Below are positions 63,056-64,000 of a stretch of DNA of 64,000 bases, in pieces. Origin of the DNA: Wickerhamiella versatilis. Lineage: Eukaryota. The translations under genes and the position numbers were made by a program. The stretch is from positions 2,294,001 to 2,358,000 of the forward strand of contig JAQOWU010000007.1 of NCBI GenBank assembly GCA_030867685.1. Direction: 5' to 3'. The notes under the pieces are model-generated. The model searched no databases. It saw only the letters and a program-made list of their open reading frames with translations, and was not told the DNA's origin. The first letter of the stretch is position 1; the number at the start of each line of letters is the position of its first letter.

Positions 63056-64000
63056 TTAAAATTTCGCCAGACCTAGTTCAATGAGATAGGCCAGGGCCAG
63101 CTTCACATGTTGAACCACGTGGTTAAAGTCAATACGGTCGATGGTGTCCAGCTCGTTGTGCCCCACTCTTGGGAATCCTGGATAATTCACAATCTCATTC
63201 GCGCGCTCCATGGCAAACGCGGCTGGATAGCCATGGATGTACGCCGAGTAGAAGTCCGAACAGGCATACCCACACGAAAAGAGGGTGTATGGCACATCGG
63301 TGTAATCAGTAACCAGCAGCTTTAGGTAGTTAGTGAGCTCAGGACTGACGTTGTCAGTAACTAGGCGGATTTCATCGCCCACTTCACCCCGGTACCGATT
63401 GGAGGCACCCGTCATGTCTTGTTCAAGCATCGCCTTCACACTCACGTTGCGCTCAGCATATTCTGCAAACACATCGAGCGATCCCAGCAACCCAATCTCC
63501 TCTGCACTGTACCAGTGGAGCTCTAGTGAGTTATTGGGCTTAAACCCAGACTTCGAAATGATCCTAAGCGCTTCCACAAGTGTGACGGAACCACTGCCAT
63601 TATCGTCGGCACCAGGAGCTCTTCCATTGTAGAAGTCGCCCAAATTAATTGAATCAAGGTGCGCACCAATAACTACCACATCATCGGGATTCTCGGTGCC
63701 GTCGATATGGACAATCAGGCTCTTCTGCTTCCAGTCGGCATGGTCCACTATTCGCACATCGATGTCAGGCCTTCCGGCAGTGACTTTCAGAATCAAGTTG
63801 TAGAGCCACAATGAGCTTTGAAGACCGAGCTCAGACTTGCAAAACCTTGTATAGAAGGATGAGAACTCAAAGAGGTTGTCAAATAGGTTTTGCCGCCTGA
63901 TATCGGCCTGCAACGCATGAACAAGGTCATGGTATACCGTTTTCTTGGGAAAGGAGCTGACAGTAGCAACGCGGCTTGATGCTAGCCCATCTGATGGCAA
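63056..64000 (-). CDS. M28-family leucine aminopeptidase (LAP1-like); 5' end lies outside the window
   Basis: GAHLDSIN, APGADDNGSG, WYSAEEIGLLGS, EQDMTG, CGYACSD. Confidence 0.93.
   Translation of the reverse strand: MPSDGLASSRVATVSSFPKKTVYHDLVHALQADIRRQNLFDNLFEFSSFYTRFCKSELGLQSSLWLYNLILKVTAGRPDIDVRIVDHADWKQKSLIVHIDGTENPDDVVVIGAHLDSINLGDFYNGRAPGADDNGSGSVTLVEALRIISKSGFKPNNSLELHWYSAEEIGLLGSLDVFAEYAERNVSVKAMLEQDMTGASNRYRGEVGDEIRLVTDNVSPELTNYLKLLVTDYTDVPYTLFSCGYACSDFYSAYIHGYPAAFAMERANEIVNYPGFPRVGHNELDTIDRIDFNHVVQHVKLALAYLIELGLAKF

Noticed and set aside
1-64000. tRNA/rRNA genes, transposases, and the many antisense or nested ORFs in the track
   Set aside because: I saw no cloverleaf, rRNA or transposase/RT motifs by eye (tRNAscan-SE/Rfam would settle it). 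The nested ORFs are shadows of the long CDSs.

Overview
Eukaryotic, essentially intron-free, gene-dense DNA from a budding yeast (Saccharomycotina). It holds Zn2Cys6 transcription factors, PDR ABC pumps, KRE9/KNH1, Sln1-like hybrid kinases, OPT/YAT/DHA1/MCH transporters and a GT31. Mixed among these are many genes I recognise as bacterial-type: DUF6314, an ATP-grasp ligase, choline sulfatase betC, ohr, D-amino-acid transaminase, an isochorismatase-family hydrolase next to a GlnA3-type gamma-glutamyl-amine ligase, urate hydroxylase hpxO, a 2OG-Fe(II) oxygenase pseudogene, a frameshifted osmC-like gene and fused aconitase X. That pattern suggests, by inference only, a Wickerhamiella/Starmerella-clade yeast. 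Main signals: (1) an unexplained 25-bp element TGGGCTATCTTGCRTTGYCCRACCA in four intergenic copies, whose substitutions all keep a hairpin paired; (2) a bacterial-type N/S-scavenging block at 26-39 kb with signs of domestication (leftover Shine-Dalgarno next to TATA and a Cbf1 E-box at betC; mitochondrial presequence on Ohr; operon-like isochorismatase-glnA3 pair); (3) a decaying TF/oxygenase/NCS1/hydantoinase-DUF917 cluster with a deletion junction; (4) three tandem gene pairs. All family assignments come from motif recognition by eye; no searches were run.
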